From an uncultured delta proteobacterium (lineage in GTDB: Bacteria > Myxococcota_A > Polyangia > Haliangiales > Haliangiaceae): a stretch of DNA of 64,000 nt. Shown piece after piece: positions 28,826 to 40,366 of the stretch (within the stretch, counting starts at the first letter, position 1; every line of letters begins with the position of its first letter). A model generated the notes under the pieces. The model was given only the letters and a program-made list of their open reading frames with translations, ran no database searches and was not told where the DNA came from. The DNA lies in the NCBI GenBank assembly GCA_963848295.1, contig CAWKDB010000002.1, positions 544,001 through 608,000 on the forward strand, in the 5' to 3' direction. A program made the translations under genes and the position numbers.

Positions 28826-29667
28826 CAGTTGCCCAGACTCGCGCCGTCGGCACGGCATTGCGCGGCGATACAGCTTTGCTGCGAGAGCTTGAGGCACGCT
28901 TGTCGCGCCGCCTTGGCCTCATCCGCGAGCCCTTGCTGCATACGAGTCTTCATCAGGTAGTAGCTGGCTTCCTGGGACCCACACGACGGGTCATCGGACG
29001 CCGTCTGGAACAGTTCGGCAGCTTTTTCCCATTCCTGGCGCGCGAAGTAAACCCTGCCTAGCCGATAAGTTGCCACACACATCTTCGGTTGGAATTGCAG
29101 GACCGAGCGGAGCTCTTTCGCGGCGTCGACGTACTTCTGTTGGTGGAACAACGCCCAGCCAAGTTGCGCACGAGTTAGCGCAGCGCTCTGCAGCCGGATC
29201 GGGTTTTCGAGGGCCTTGGTGAGGTACTTCACCGATGCCTCGTAGTCCTCGAGCAGCGTGTAGATGATGCCGCGGTCTGCCCACGCCTCGCCGTTGTCCG
29301 GAGCGATCTTCGCGGCCTCGGCGAAGTCGTTGTCCGCTTTGGTCAGGCTGGCATCGAGGTCCTTGATCGTCGCGTCTCGATCGAGGCCGGTCAGACAACC
29401 ATCGATCTCCATCGAGCGCTGGGTGTCGATGGCTCGAACCATCGAGACGAGGCCGCGGGTGACGTAGGCGTCGTCGTTGCTCTTGTCGAGCGCGAGCGCG
29501 CGATTGCACTCGGCCTCGGCGGCCTCGAGTTGGTGCTTCTTCAGGAAGTCCTTAGCGAGGTCGAGCCGCGTCTCGCTCTTGTTGCGATCGCCGGCGGTGA
29601 TCGGCCCGCAGCCGGCGACCGCCAAAATCGCCAGGAAAACAAGCCTGTTGCCGCGCACGCGCTGCAC
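28825..29667 (-). CDS. tgl: TPR lipoprotein, type IV pilus secretin pilotin (Tgl/PilF/PilW-like)
   Basis: Lipobox VAGC, TPRs, ALENP...LGWALF, QPKMCVATYRLG and Cys-rich C-terminus; upstream of rodZ-like and recO. Start could be 29658. Confidence 0.75.
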   Translation of the reverse strand: MQRVRGNRLVFLAILAVAGCGPITAGDRNKSETRLDLAKDFLKKHQLEAAEAECNRALALDKSNDDAYVTRGLVSMVRAIDTQRSMEIDGCLTGLDRDATIKDLDASLTKADNDFAEAAKIAPDNGEAWADRGIIYTLLEDYEASVKYLTKALENPIRLQSAALTRAQLGWALFHQQKYVDAAKELRSVLQFQPKMCVATYRLGRVYFARQEWEKAAELFQTASDDPSCGSQEASYYLMKTRMQQGLADEAKAARQACLKLSQQSCIAAQCRADGASLGN

Positions 29668-29734
29668 CCTATCGCAGCCGTCTGTTAGCAGCAACCCAGG
29701 TAGAGATCTCGTGCGCCGGGTTATATCTCCCCCA

Positions 29735-30586
29735 ATGCCCGAGTCGAGCGAGCTGCCCGGTCCCGCTGAGCCCACCGCCACGACGACGATCGGCGATGGC
29801 CTGTACGCCGAGACGTTCCAACCGAGCGGAGCGCCGAGAGGCAGCGTCATCATCACGCATGGCTATGCCGATCACTCGGGGCGCTACCGCGAGCTCGCCC
29901 ATGTGATCAAGAACGCCGGCTGGGCGGTGCTGTCGTGGGATGTCCGCGGCCACGGCAAGTCGCCCGGCGCGCGTGGCTACATCGATCGGTTCTCGCGTTA
30001 CCTCGACGACTACGCGCTCGCGTGCACGGCGGCGCGCGCGCTCGCTCCCGGCAAGCCGTTCGTCATGGTCGGCCATTCCCACGGCAGCTTGATCGCGTTG
30101 CGCGCGCTGTGTGGCGATCGGCCCCCCGAAGCCACCGCCGCGATCTTGTCGTCGCCATTCCTCGGGCTGCGGCTCGCGGTGCCGAAGGTCAAGATCCTCG
30201 CCGGCAAGATCGCGAGCGTCATCGCTCCCAGATTCGCGCAAAAGAACGAGCTGCGGCCCGAAGACCTGACCCACGACAAGCAGAAGCAGGCGGAACGCGT
30301 CGCCGACAAGCTGTGTTTTGATATCGCCACGGCGCGCTGGTTCACCGAAGCGAGCAAGGCCCAGGCGTACTGCTACGACCACGCCGATCGGATCAAAGTC
30401 CCGACGACGTGGCTGGTCGGCGCCGACGACCCGATCGCGGATCCCGCGCAGAGCAAGCGGGTCGCCGCCCGCGCCCCGAAATCGACCTATCACGACCTGG
30501 TCGGCATGCGGCACGAAGTGTTCAACGAGGTCGATCGCGCCAAGGTGTTTGCGCTGGTCACTGGCGTCCTCGCCGCAAGCGCTTGA
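29735..30586 (+). CDS. Alpha/beta hydrolase, lysophospholipase (PldB/monoacylglycerol lipase family)
   Basis: HGYADHSGRY, DVRGHGKS, GHSHG nucleophile, D(P)I and HEVFNE. Confidence 0.9.
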   Translation: MPESSELPGPAEPTATTTIGDGLYAETFQPSGAPRGSVIITHGYADHSGRYRELAHVIKNAGWAVLSWDVRGHGKSPGARGYIDRFSRYLDDYALACTAARALAPGKPFVMVGHSHGSLIALRALCGDRPPEATAAILSSPFLGLRLAVPKVKILAGKIASVIAPRFAQKNELRPEDLTHDKQKQAERVADKLCFDIATARWFTEASKAQAYCYDHADRIKVPTTWLVGADDPIADPAQSKRVAARAPKSTYHDLVGMRHEVFNEVDRAKVFALVTGVLAASA

Positions 30587-30824
30587 GCTGCGGGCGGTTG
30601 CCCGAGGGACCTTTCGCGGTGAGGATCAACGCTTCCTTGCTGCGCCGGACGCGTGGTTCGGCTCGATTGTTACGCATTGGCGCCTGGCGACGAGCCGCCT
30701 ATACTAGAGGTCCGGAACGTGGGTTGGCGGGCGTGTGGTTCCTTGATCATCCGATTGCGCCGGTCCTGTCAGCATCGCTTTCATTGCGCGTTTGTACGCG
30801 CGAGACATCGATGCGGAGCCCGAG

Positions 30825-31622
30825 ATGAAGCTATTCGCCTGTATGTGCAACCAACCCCAGCGGCTGTCGGCCGCGCTCGCGCCCGTGCGCGCGGCGCTGG
30901 TCGCGCAACCGCCGGTCTCGCGCTGGGGCCTGGCCTATGCGCAAGCCGGCGATGTGCTGCTCGTGCGCACGCCGAAATCGAGCACGCGCCCCGTCGATCT
31001 GGCGTCGCCGCTCACCGAGATTCCGACCGACTGTGCGATCGGCCAAGCGGTGCGCGACGATCGCGAAGCGGCTCCCGGCGGCACCGACAACACCCCGCCG
31101 TTTCGGTTTCGCCGCTGGATGTTCGGGTTGACCGGGGTGTCCGGCATGGACGGCACGGCGCCGGCGCTGCTCGACCACATTCCCGACTACTTGCGGCGCA
31201 ACTTGAAGGGCCGGACCGCGAACGAGCTCGTGTTCCACGTATTCCTCGCGATGCTTCACGACGAAGGGGCGGTCGACGATCCGAACCTGACGCCGCTGGC
31301 GACTCGGCGCGCGCTCGCAGCGACCATCCGGTTGGTCACCGCCGAGCAAGAGCGCGCCGGCGGCACGATGGGGCTCGGTGCGATCGCTGTCAGCAACGGC
31401 CGATCGATGGTGGTCGCCCGGCTCAACGACACGGTCCGCCTGCGCAAGCTCACGGTCAACGGCGAGCGAGGCGAGCGCGACGAGTCGTTCCGCGGTGTAC
31501 TGCTGGTCTCCGGCGGCGATGGCGACGCCCGCGACGGCTTCGAAGATGTCCCGGCTCGACGCGCGGTCCTGATCTCGCGCAACCTCGATTTCCAGCTCGC
31601 CGATCTTGATCCGGCCGCGTGA
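30825..31622 (+). CDS. Class II glutamine amidotransferase-like protein (EgtC/YafJ-like) without the N-terminal Cys
   Basis: WGLAY, NTPPFRFRRWMF, LRRNLKGRT..ELVFHVFL and AVSNGR. Confidence 0.8.
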   Translation: MKLFACMCNQPQRLSAALAPVRAALVAQPPVSRWGLAYAQAGDVLLVRTPKSSTRPVDLASPLTEIPTDCAIGQAVRDDREAAPGGTDNTPPFRFRRWMFGLTGVSGMDGTAPALLDHIPDYLRRNLKGRTANELVFHVFLAMLHDEGAVDDPNLTPLATRRALAATIRLVTAEQERAGGTMGLGAIAVSNGRSMVVARLNDTVRLRKLTVNGERGERDESFRGVLLVSGGDGDARDGFEDVPARRAVLISRNLDFQLADLDPAA

Positions 31623-31812
31623 ATCTCGGGTTCAGCTGGCGCGCTGAACACCATTTGGCGCGATCGGTGAGTCGGAATCGAAATTGTTCCAGATCTCGTG
31701 TCGGGTGGAACTAGCCGAGAATGCACAGGTTGCTAACCCCGAGAATCTACGAACAAAGGCATGTCTCAACTTGATGCTTGACCCGTCGCGTCACCCTCGC
31801 TAAGCCACGCCC

Positions 31813-32469
31813 ATGACGAACGCTCAAGAACGCAAGGCACAGGAGCGGCTGGCTCGGCGCAGGCGGATTCAGGAGGCGGCGCGAACCGTCTTTGCCGAGC
31901 GCGGCTACGCCGGGGCGTCGATCGAGCTGATCGCCCGCGCAGCGCAGCTCTCGGTCGGGGCGATCTACCTCTACTTCCGCTCGAAGGAAGACCTCTACGT
32001 CTCGCTGGTCGAGGACGCCCTCACGGTGTTCGACGTCGAGATGGGCCAGGTCCGGGAGCAGGCCGAGGTCGCTCGCCGGTTGCGCGACACCTGGTCGATC
32101 CTGGTCCGCTGGGCCGAGCGCGACGCCGAGGGTCCGCGGATCCTTCGCTTGCTCGCTCAGCCGGCGATTCGTCCGCAGCTATCGGACGAGGTCGTGACCG
32201 CGGTATCCGCGGGCATTGCTCGCGTCCAGGACCACATCGGCGCCTGCATCGCCGACGGCATTCACGCGGGTCTGTATCGCCAAGTCAACGCGAGAGAGAT
32301 CGCGGACTTGGCATGGTCGGTCCTGCTCGGCAGCCTCGACGCGGCCGAGATGGCGACCAACCTGGGTACCCCCTCCGAGGTCCTCGTCACGCGGACCGAC
32401 CGGGCGCTGCACCTGCTCGAGACGGCGCTGATGCCTGCGGTCGCCGCCGGCCTGCGCGCCGTCGCGTAA
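31813..32469 (+). CDS. TetR/AcrR family transcriptional regulator
   Basis: AARTVFAERGYAGASIELIARAAQLSVGAIYLYFRSKEDL. Confidence 0.95.
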   Translation: MTNAQERKAQERLARRRRIQEAARTVFAERGYAGASIELIARAAQLSVGAIYLYFRSKEDLYVSLVEDALTVFDVEMGQVREQAEVARRLRDTWSILVRWAERDAEGPRILRLLAQPAIRPQLSDEVVTAVSAGIARVQDHIGACIADGIHAGLYRQVNAREIADLAWSVLLGSLDAAEMATNLGTPSEVLVTRTDRALHLLETALMPAVAAGLRAVA

Positions 32470-32514
32470 CGACCGGTAGCAGATCCTGACCGGCGCTCGT
32501 GCGTCGGATCGGGG

Positions 32515-33180
32515 ATGAGCTATCGCGATGACGTCGCCGCGCTGACCGCACGCCACCAGGCCCTCGCAGCGGAGCTCGCGGAACGCGATCGCGAGCTCGC
32601 CGCGAGCAAGGCGATCCTCGACGAGGCCACCGCTCGAGCGAATCGGCCGATCCTCGATTCGATCCGAGTCGCGGCGCCGTGCAAGGCGTCGTGGGACGAC
32701 ATGGCCGGCGACGATCGGGTGCGCCACTGCGCCGGTTGCGACAAGGACGTGTTCGATCTCTCGGCGCTGACCCGCGACGAAGCCGAAGCGTTGATCCGCG
32801 AGCGAGTCGGCAACCTGTGCGGCCGTTACTATCAGCGCGCCGACGGCACGATCATCACGAGCGACTGTACGGTCGGCATCTCGCAACGCCGCCGCCGCCG
32901 GGTGATGGCAGCCGGGCTCGCCGCGTTGCTCGCGAGCGCCGGCGGCCTCGCGATGGCGTTGTCGCGGCGATCTGGCGAGCCCGCTCCGGTCGCCGTCTCG
33001 GGCGCCGTAGCGATCGACGCGGTGCCGTCGCTGCAGGTCAGCCACGTCGAACCGCCGCCACCCGCCGGCACGACGGCAGACAACACCGCACCGCCACGAC
33101 CCGACCGGCTGATGGGTCACATCCACGTGACACCGGCGTCGGTCGCCAAGACGATGGGCCAGATCGCACTGCGGCGATGA
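32515..33180 (+). CDS. Hypothetical membrane protein with Cys-rich PCxxxWxxM-CxxC domain (paralog 1)
   Basis: Coiled coil, APCKASWDDMAGDDRVRHCAGCDKDVFDLS..LCGRYYQRADGT, RRRRR plus TM. Confidence 0.8.
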   Translation: MSYRDDVAALTARHQALAAELAERDRELAASKAILDEATARANRPILDSIRVAAPCKASWDDMAGDDRVRHCAGCDKDVFDLSALTRDEAEALIRERVGNLCGRYYQRADGTIITSDCTVGISQRRRRRVMAAGLAALLASAGGLAMALSRRSGEPAPVAVSGAVAIDAVPSLQVSHVEPPPPAGTTADNTAPPRPDRLMGHIHVTPASVAKTMGQIALRR

Positions 33181-33878
33181 GCGAGCGCGACGATGTCGAT
33201 CGAACCGCAACGGCCCCGGGCGACGCTGCGCGAGCCCCCGACGTCGAGACCCTCGCTGCCCGTCACGCCGCGCTCGCGGCCGAGGTCGCCGAGCGCCAAC
33301 GCGAGCTCGCCGCGACCGAGGCGCTCCTCGTAGAAGCGTCGGCGCAGCGCAGCCGACCTCTGCTCGATAATCTCAAGATCGCCTCGCCGTGCCACGTCGC
33401 GTGGGATGACATGGACGGCGGCGATCGCGTTCGCCACTGCGCGAAGTGCAACAAGGACGTCTTCGATCTCTCCGCGCTCACGCGTGACGAAGCGGAGGCG
33501 CTGCTCCGCGAGCGCGCCGGCAACTTATGCGTCAGCAATTACCAGCGCGCCGACGGCACGGTGATCACGAGCGACTGCACGGTCGGCATCGCGAAGCGCC
33601 GGCGCCGGCGCGTGATGGCCGCGGGCCTCGCCGCGATGCTCGCGAGCGCGGGCGGGCTCGCGCTGTTCTTGTCACGGCGGTCTCACGACACGCTCGCGCC
33701 TACCCACCCGACGTCGGAGATGCGCGCCGCCGGCGGGGTGGTAGCCGTGCCGCGGCCCATCGAGCAGCCGGTGCTCCGCGCGGGTGGAGCCGCCCCGGTG
33801 CGGATCGAGCGGATGCCGCTGCGTGCGGCTGGAGCACCCCCGCGGGGTACCAGCAATGAGCTATCACGAAGACGTTAA
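33177..33878 (+). CDS. Hypothetical membrane protein with Cys-rich domain (paralog 2)
   Basis: ATGA overlap; SPCHVAWDDMDGGDRVRHCAKCNKDVFDLS..QRADGT, highly similar to the upstream gene. Confidence 0.8.
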   Translation: MSERDDVDRTATAPGDAARAPDVETLAARHAALAAEVAERQRELAATEALLVEASAQRSRPLLDNLKIASPCHVAWDDMDGGDRVRHCAKCNKDVFDLSALTRDEAEALLRERAGNLCVSNYQRADGTVITSDCTVGIAKRRRRRVMAAGLAAMLASAGGLALFLSRRSHDTLAPTHPTSEMRAAGGVVAVPRPIEQPVLRAGGAAPVRIERMPLRAAGAPPRGTSNELSRRR

Positions 33879-33918
33879 CGCCCTCGCGCTCCCCATCACG
33901 ATGGAGCTCGACGAGTAA
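33856..33918 (+). pseudogene. Probable truncated third copy of the paralog family
   Basis: MSYHEDVNALALPITMELDE* matches the MSYRDDVAAL start of the 32515 gene. Confidence 0.45.
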
Positions 33919-33922
33919 CTCC

Positions 33923-35491
<1,569 letters not shown>

Positions 35492-35521
35492 CGCCCGGCA
35501 CGGCCCGGCCGGCGACGTCCG

Positions 35522-36061
35522 CTAGTCGCCGCCCTTGGCGTCGTCGTCGCTGAAGTTGACCTTGCCGTTGTAGTGCTCGCCCTCGCCCAGGATCTTGAAC
35601 CGGCCCGAGGCGAGCACGCGCCCCTTGTTCTCGAGCGTCATGTAGAGTTCTTTGTTGACGCCGACCTGCTCCTTGTCGAGCTTGAGCGTCGACAGGATCG
35701 ACTTCTGGCCGCGCATGTCGGTGTACTGATCGAACGTCGTGAGCAGCTGCTGACTGCGGCCTTGGAGCTCGTACAGCTTGACGACGTACTCGACGTCGTT
35801 GAGCGGCGTCTTCAAGAACGCGGCGAAGTAGATCTTCCAGGTGTGCGTCGCCTTGTCTTCGTAGAAGTTGGTCTGCGAGAGCTTGCGGACCGCCTGGGTG
35901 TACGCGCTCGCGCTCTTCGAGGTCGTGGGGAAGCTCTTGGTCGACAAGATGACCCTGCCGCCGAACGCCGCATTCGGATCTTGTGCGGCGGCGGTGCGCG
36001 CGAACCCGAGCGCGACAGCGAGGACGGCAACGACCGAGAACAGCGAGGTGCGTGCGCGCAT
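35522..36061 (-). CDS. Hypothetical exported protein
   Basis: Signal peptide MRARTSLFSVVAVLAVALGFARTAAA; strong GC3 codon bias. Confidence 0.75.
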   Translation of the reverse strand: MRARTSLFSVVAVLAVALGFARTAAAQDPNAAFGGRVILSTKSFPTTSKSASAYTQAVRKLSQTNFYEDKATHTWKIYFAAFLKTPLNDVEYVVKLYELQGRSQQLLTTFDQYTDMRGQKSILSTLKLDKEQVGVNKELYMTLENKGRVLASGRFKILGEGEHYNGKVNFSDDDAKGGD

Positions 36062-36104
36062 GGTGGCGATGCTAGCGCAGGTCGCCGGGCGAATCGACGG
36101 GGAA

Positions 36105-36992
36105 CTACGCGAGTAACGCTCGGATCGCGTCGAGCCCGGCGCGATCGGGAGCGTCGCTGCCGTCGATCCGCATCGCGATCTCGACCGCGTGTCGCGCAAG
36201 CGCTCGATAGATCTCGGCAAGGTCCGGCTTACCTTTAAGTGCATCGAGGTGCCGCTGGATCGTCGCCGCGTCGCCGCGCCGAACCGGCCCGGTCAGGCCG
36301 CGAGTCGTCCCTGCGAGCTCGACGTTCTTGACCGCGCCTTCGGCGAGCGGGATCAGCGCTTTGGCCGCGTGCTCGGGCGTAATGCCGACGCTGGCGAGCA
36401 CCTGCGCCGCGGCATCGATCGCGGCGACGAGGTAGTTCGACGCGAGCGCGGCGGCGCAGTGATAGGCGGCCATCTGCGTGATCTCGAGCGGCAGCACGAT
36501 GCAACCGATCGCGGTGACCAGCTTGTGCGCGGCGGCCCGGCCGAGCTCGTTGCCCTCGATGCCGAACACCGTGCCCTTGAGCGTGCGCATCGCGGCCTTG
36601 CCGTCGGCGATCGCGGACAACGGGTGGAACGTCGCGATACCGCCGACCTTGTCCGCGACCGGCCCGAGCAGCTCTTCGGCCGACGCCGCGCCTGCGCAGT
36701 GCAACAACACGTGGCGCTTACCGACCAGGCCCGTGCCCACGATCATCTGCGCGACCTCGGTGATGTGCTGATCGCGCACCGCGAGGATCACGACCTCGGA
36801 CTCGAGCAGGATGTCGGGCGGCGCCGACGAGAACGCCGCGACGCCGGCGGTCGAGCCCGCCGCGCGCGCGGGCCCGGGCTTTCGGGCCCACAGGCCGAGC
36901 ACCGGGACACCGCCGAGCCGCAGCGCGCCGGCGAGCGCGGTCGCGACCGGGCCAGCGCCGACGACAAACGTGGTGGGACTGCGCGCGGTCAC
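36105..36992 (-). CDS. Rossmann-like plus DUF2520 oxidoreductase (PanG-like)
   Basis: VVGAGPVA, LAVRD, LHCAGA, TFHPL, YHCAAALASN and LTGPVRRGD. The GTG overlaps the nadD stop. Confidence 0.88.
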   Translation of the reverse strand: MTARSPTTFVVGAGPVATALAGALRLGGVPVLGLWARKPGPARAAGSTAGVAAFSSAPPDILLESEVVILAVRDQHITEVAQMIVGTGLVGKRHVLLHCAGAASAEELLGPVADKVGGIATFHPLSAIADGKAAMRTLKGTVFGIEGNELGRAAAHKLVTAIGCIVLPLEITQMAAYHCAAALASNYLVAAIDAAAQVLASVGITPEHAAKALIPLAEGAVKNVELAGTTRGLTGPVRRGDAATIQRHLDALKGKPDLAEIYRALARHAVEIAMRIDGSDAPDRAGLDAIRALLA

Positions 36993-37570
36993 TGGTAGAG
37001 CTTTCGCGAGCGGATATACCTCAGGACCGACGTCGGCAGTAGCCCGGCGACGTCGCGGCCCTGCCGGATCCGCTTGCGAATCTCGGTCCCCGAAATCGCG
37101 GGCATCGCCACGCCGGTTGCGGTCTTCCCTTTCACCGCGACGCCGCTGCGGCCCACGACGATCGCGGGCGCGCGCTTCATCAGCTCGTCCCAGCGATACC
37201 ACTTATCGGTCTCGGCCAAGATGTCGGCCCCGACCACGAGGCGAAACGCCGCCGCCGGCTCTCGCGCGCGCAGATAATCGACGAGGTCGAGGGTCCGACT
37301 CGCGACGAAACCGGGTCGCTTGGCGAGGGTCTGCTCGGCGAGGCTCACGCGCACGCGCGGCTTGCTCGCGAACACCGCCGCGACGCGCTTGCACATCTCG
37401 ACGCGGTCTTCGAACGGCGCGAGCTGCTTCGCGAACGGATGCGTGTAGGTCGGCACGAACCACAGCTCGTCGATCGGCTGGGTCGAGAGGACATAGCAGG
37501 CGACCAGCTGATGCGCGACGTGCGGCGGATCGAAGCTGCCGCCATAGAGCGCGATCGTCCGCTTACTCAT
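36989..37570 (-). CDS. nadD: Nicotinate-nucleotide adenylyltransferase
   Basis: ALYGGSFDPPHVAH, VGAD..KWYRW and ISGTEIR. Confidence 0.93.
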   Translation of the reverse strand: MSKRTIALYGGSFDPPHVAHQLVACYVLSTQPIDELWFVPTYTHPFAKQLAPFEDRVEMCKRVAAVFASKPRVRVSLAEQTLAKRPGFVASRTLDLVDYLRAREPAAAFRLVVGADILAETDKWYRWDELMKRAPAIVVGRSGVAVKGKTATGVAMPAISGTEIRKRIRQGRDVAGLLPTSVLRYIRSRKLYQ

Positions 37571-38741
37571 ACAACAGATATTCCGCGCGCTCCTCGCCGA
37601 ACGCGCCCTCGTCGCGCGGCCAGCGTTCGCACAGCTCGTCGAGGCTCGCCCCCGCGGCGATCCCTTCGCGCAACCATGCCCCGCCGGCGAGTAGATCGAT
37701 CGCGGGGATCTGGTCGACGAACTCGTATGCCTTGTCGCGCCACTCGAACCGGTCGGGCGCCTGATCGCGACACGCCTTCACGAAGGCGACCCCGGTGCGA
37801 TACGAGCGGAACAGCTCGCGATCGGTCACGTGGAGCTGGACGCCGGCGCACACGGTCTTCGCGTGCTTCTGAAATTGCGGCAGGAACCCGCACGGCCGGA
37901 ACGTCACGCCCGGCAGCTGCATCGCGATCAGATCCTTCGCGAGCCGCGCGCCATCGAGGTGCGGCGCCCCCGCGAGCTCGAACGGCCGGGTCGTGCCACG
38001 GCCCTCGGACAGCTCGGTGCCTTCGACCAAGCACATGCCGGGGTAGACCAGCGCGGTATCGGTCGTCGGCATGTTCGGCGATGGCATCACCCACGGCAGG
38101 CCGGTGTGCTCGAACCACAGGTCGCGAGTCCAACCTCGCATCGTGATCACGTAGAGCTCGACATCGAGCTCTTCGACCGCGTGGCGCCAACGGGCGATCT
38201 CACCGGCGGTGAGGCCGTGGCGGACCGGACAGGACATGAGGCCCACGAAAGACTCGAACCCCGCCGCGATCCCGTTGCCCTCGACATGACCACCGCCGAG
38301 CGGGTTCGGCCGGTCGAGCACGACAAACGCTTTGCCCGCCTGCGCACATGCGCGCATCGCGAGCACCATCGTCCACACGAACGTGTAGTAACGCGCGCCG
38401 ATGTCCTGGACGTCGAACACGACGACGTCGAGGTCCTCGAGCATCGCGGCGGTCGGCGCCAGCGACGCGACGGTCTGGCCGTACAAGCTGTGAACCGGCA
38501 ACCCGCTCGCCGGATCGCGCGCATCGCCGACCGCGATCATGTCTTGCGCGTCGCCGCGCACGCCGTGCTCGGGCCCGAACAACGAGACCAACTTCAGCTC
38601 GTTGCGGCCGCGAATCAACTCGATCGCGTGGCGCAGCTCGGCGTCGACCGAGGTCGGATTGCAGACGAGGCCCAGCCTGCGCCCGGCGAGCAGGGGACTG
38701 CCGTCCGCGGCAAGTCGTGCGAGCCCGGTCTGGACGGTCAC
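37563..38741 (-). CDS. namZ: Exo-beta-N-acetylmuramidase NamZ (DUF1343)
   Basis: LFGPEHGVRG, FDVQDIGARYYTF, LDRPNPLG, PSPNMPT and SEGRGTTRPFE. Confidence 0.93.
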   Translation of the reverse strand: MTVQTGLARLAADGSPLLAGRRLGLVCNPTSVDAELRHAIELIRGRNELKLVSLFGPEHGVRGDAQDMIAVGDARDPASGLPVHSLYGQTVASLAPTAAMLEDLDVVVFDVQDIGARYYTFVWTMVLAMRACAQAGKAFVVLDRPNPLGGGHVEGNGIAAGFESFVGLMSCPVRHGLTAGEIARWRHAVEELDVELYVITMRGWTRDLWFEHTGLPWVMPSPNMPTTDTALVYPGMCLVEGTELSEGRGTTRPFELAGAPHLDGARLAKDLIAMQLPGVTFRPCGFLPQFQKHAKTVCAGVQLHVTDRELFRSYRTGVAFVKACRDQAPDRFEWRDKAYEFVDQIPAIDLLAGGAWLREGIAAGASLDELCERWPRDEGAFGEERAEYLLYE

Positions 38742-38782
38742 CGCATCACCATAGCGCCTAGCGCGCGCAGATCACGGGTCGC

Positions 38783-40304
38783 TCAGGCGAAGATCGGCAC
38801 CGGCTTCAAGGAGACCTTATTGTCCTTGGTCACGACGCGGAACCGGACGGCGCGGCACTGGTACTGCGCCTTCAGCTTGCCCTCGTTGACCTTCAACTTC
38901 GCGATGAAGTTCTCGAACGACACGTCGTCGGGCTGCCCGACCGACTTCCGCGCCGCCTGGTACTCGGTATAGACGCGCTTGTAGTAGTCGGGCTCGGCTT
39001 CCTGCGCGAGCGCGGCGAGGTCTGGATCCGGCGCCTTGGCTTGCGCCGCGCCTTCGTCGCCTTCGTCGAACTCGACGCGACCGGGCACGATCGGATTGCC
39101 GTCGTCGTCGAACTCTTCTTCACCCGGCTCGGGGCGACCGAGCAAGCGCGCGAGCATGACGTTGAGCCCGTTCGACAGCCCGTCGAGCTCGGGCCCGACC
39201 GGGCGGAACGTGCGATCGAGGTTGCCGCTGATGATGTCGGTGACCCCGAGCTCCACTTGATCGATCTGCGCGATCAGCCGGCGATTCGACAGATACAGCC
39301 CGAGCATCGCGAGCGCGAGCGCGCCGCCGCCGAGCAACAGGATCGCGAGCTTGATCGTCGACGACGAATTGCCGGACTCGACGATCGGCGCGAGCACGAC
39401 CGCGCCGGCGGTGACCGGCGGATACGTCGAAGGGATCCGCTTCGAGTTCGTGAACGCCCGCGGCATCGGTACGCTCGACGCGTAGTAGTCGGTGCCGCCG
39501 ATCGTCACCTTTTGGACATCCATCGACTGCGGGATCTTGCCGGTCTTGAGGAAGTCCGAGAGCTGCTTCGCCCTGCCCGTGTCCTCTTCGCTGCCGCCGC
39601 CCAGGGTCGTGAAGCTCGTCGCGACGACCGTCGGGCCGCTGTAGTAGGCCACGTCGGCGCCGAGCAGCGCCTTGTCGTTCTGCGCTTCCTTCGCGGTCTG
39701 CGCGTACGCGACGACGACGGCGCCGATGATCGTGACGCCGTCCGGATCGTTCGCAGGCGGGGCCTGGTTCGGATCGATGATCGGCGCGACGCCGACCTTC
39801 ATCATCCGATCTTGGTAGTACCAGACGTCGCTGATGATGACCTTGCCGCCGAGCACCGCGTCGATCGCGGGGAGGATGTTGTTGCCCTTGTCATCCTTCC
39901 ACTGCTTCGGGAACGACGTTCGCCACGTCGTTCATCGCGATCAGGTTGCCGTTACCTTCGGCGCTGACCAGCGCGATGATGTCCGGGCGAACCTCGCCTT
40001 CCTTGTCGTTCGCGGTGAACTTCGTGAAGCCCAAGCGCGCCTGATGTTGGCGCTCGCCCGGGTTGTCGACCGCCTTCAACGCCGCGACAAAGCTCGGCTC
40101 CGCGGCGAGCCGCTCGGCCTTGTTCTGAACGTCGATCGCCTCGAGCTGTGCGAGCTGACCGATGACCTGGTACGCGCGTTGCGCCTGGTTATGGGCGTCC
40201 CGCTTGATCTTCTCGTCCAAGTTGGCAGATGTGACAAACAGCGCGATGGCCGCGAGTGCGGCAATCACGACAGCAACGACGGCGGCTATGACCACGCGAG
40301 GCAT
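38783..40304 (-). CDS. MXAN_5187-family membrane protein (periplasmic domain, HAMP-like region, MXAN_5187 C-terminal domain), with one frameshift near 39910
   Basis: ORFs 39891-40304 and 38783-39856 join if one G of GGG at 39909-39911 is removed. C-terminus YKRVYTEY..FIAKL..CRAVRFRVVTKDNKVSLKPVP. Confidence 0.75.
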
Positions 40305-40366
40305 GATCCCTCCGGCGCGGATTATTCGTGCGTTATCGCGGGGCTGTCAATCGAACCACCCTCGAA

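Noticed and set aside
39900..39915. Programmed ribosomal frameshift
   Set aside because: No slippery heptamer is evident, and several other indels in the window point to sequence error.
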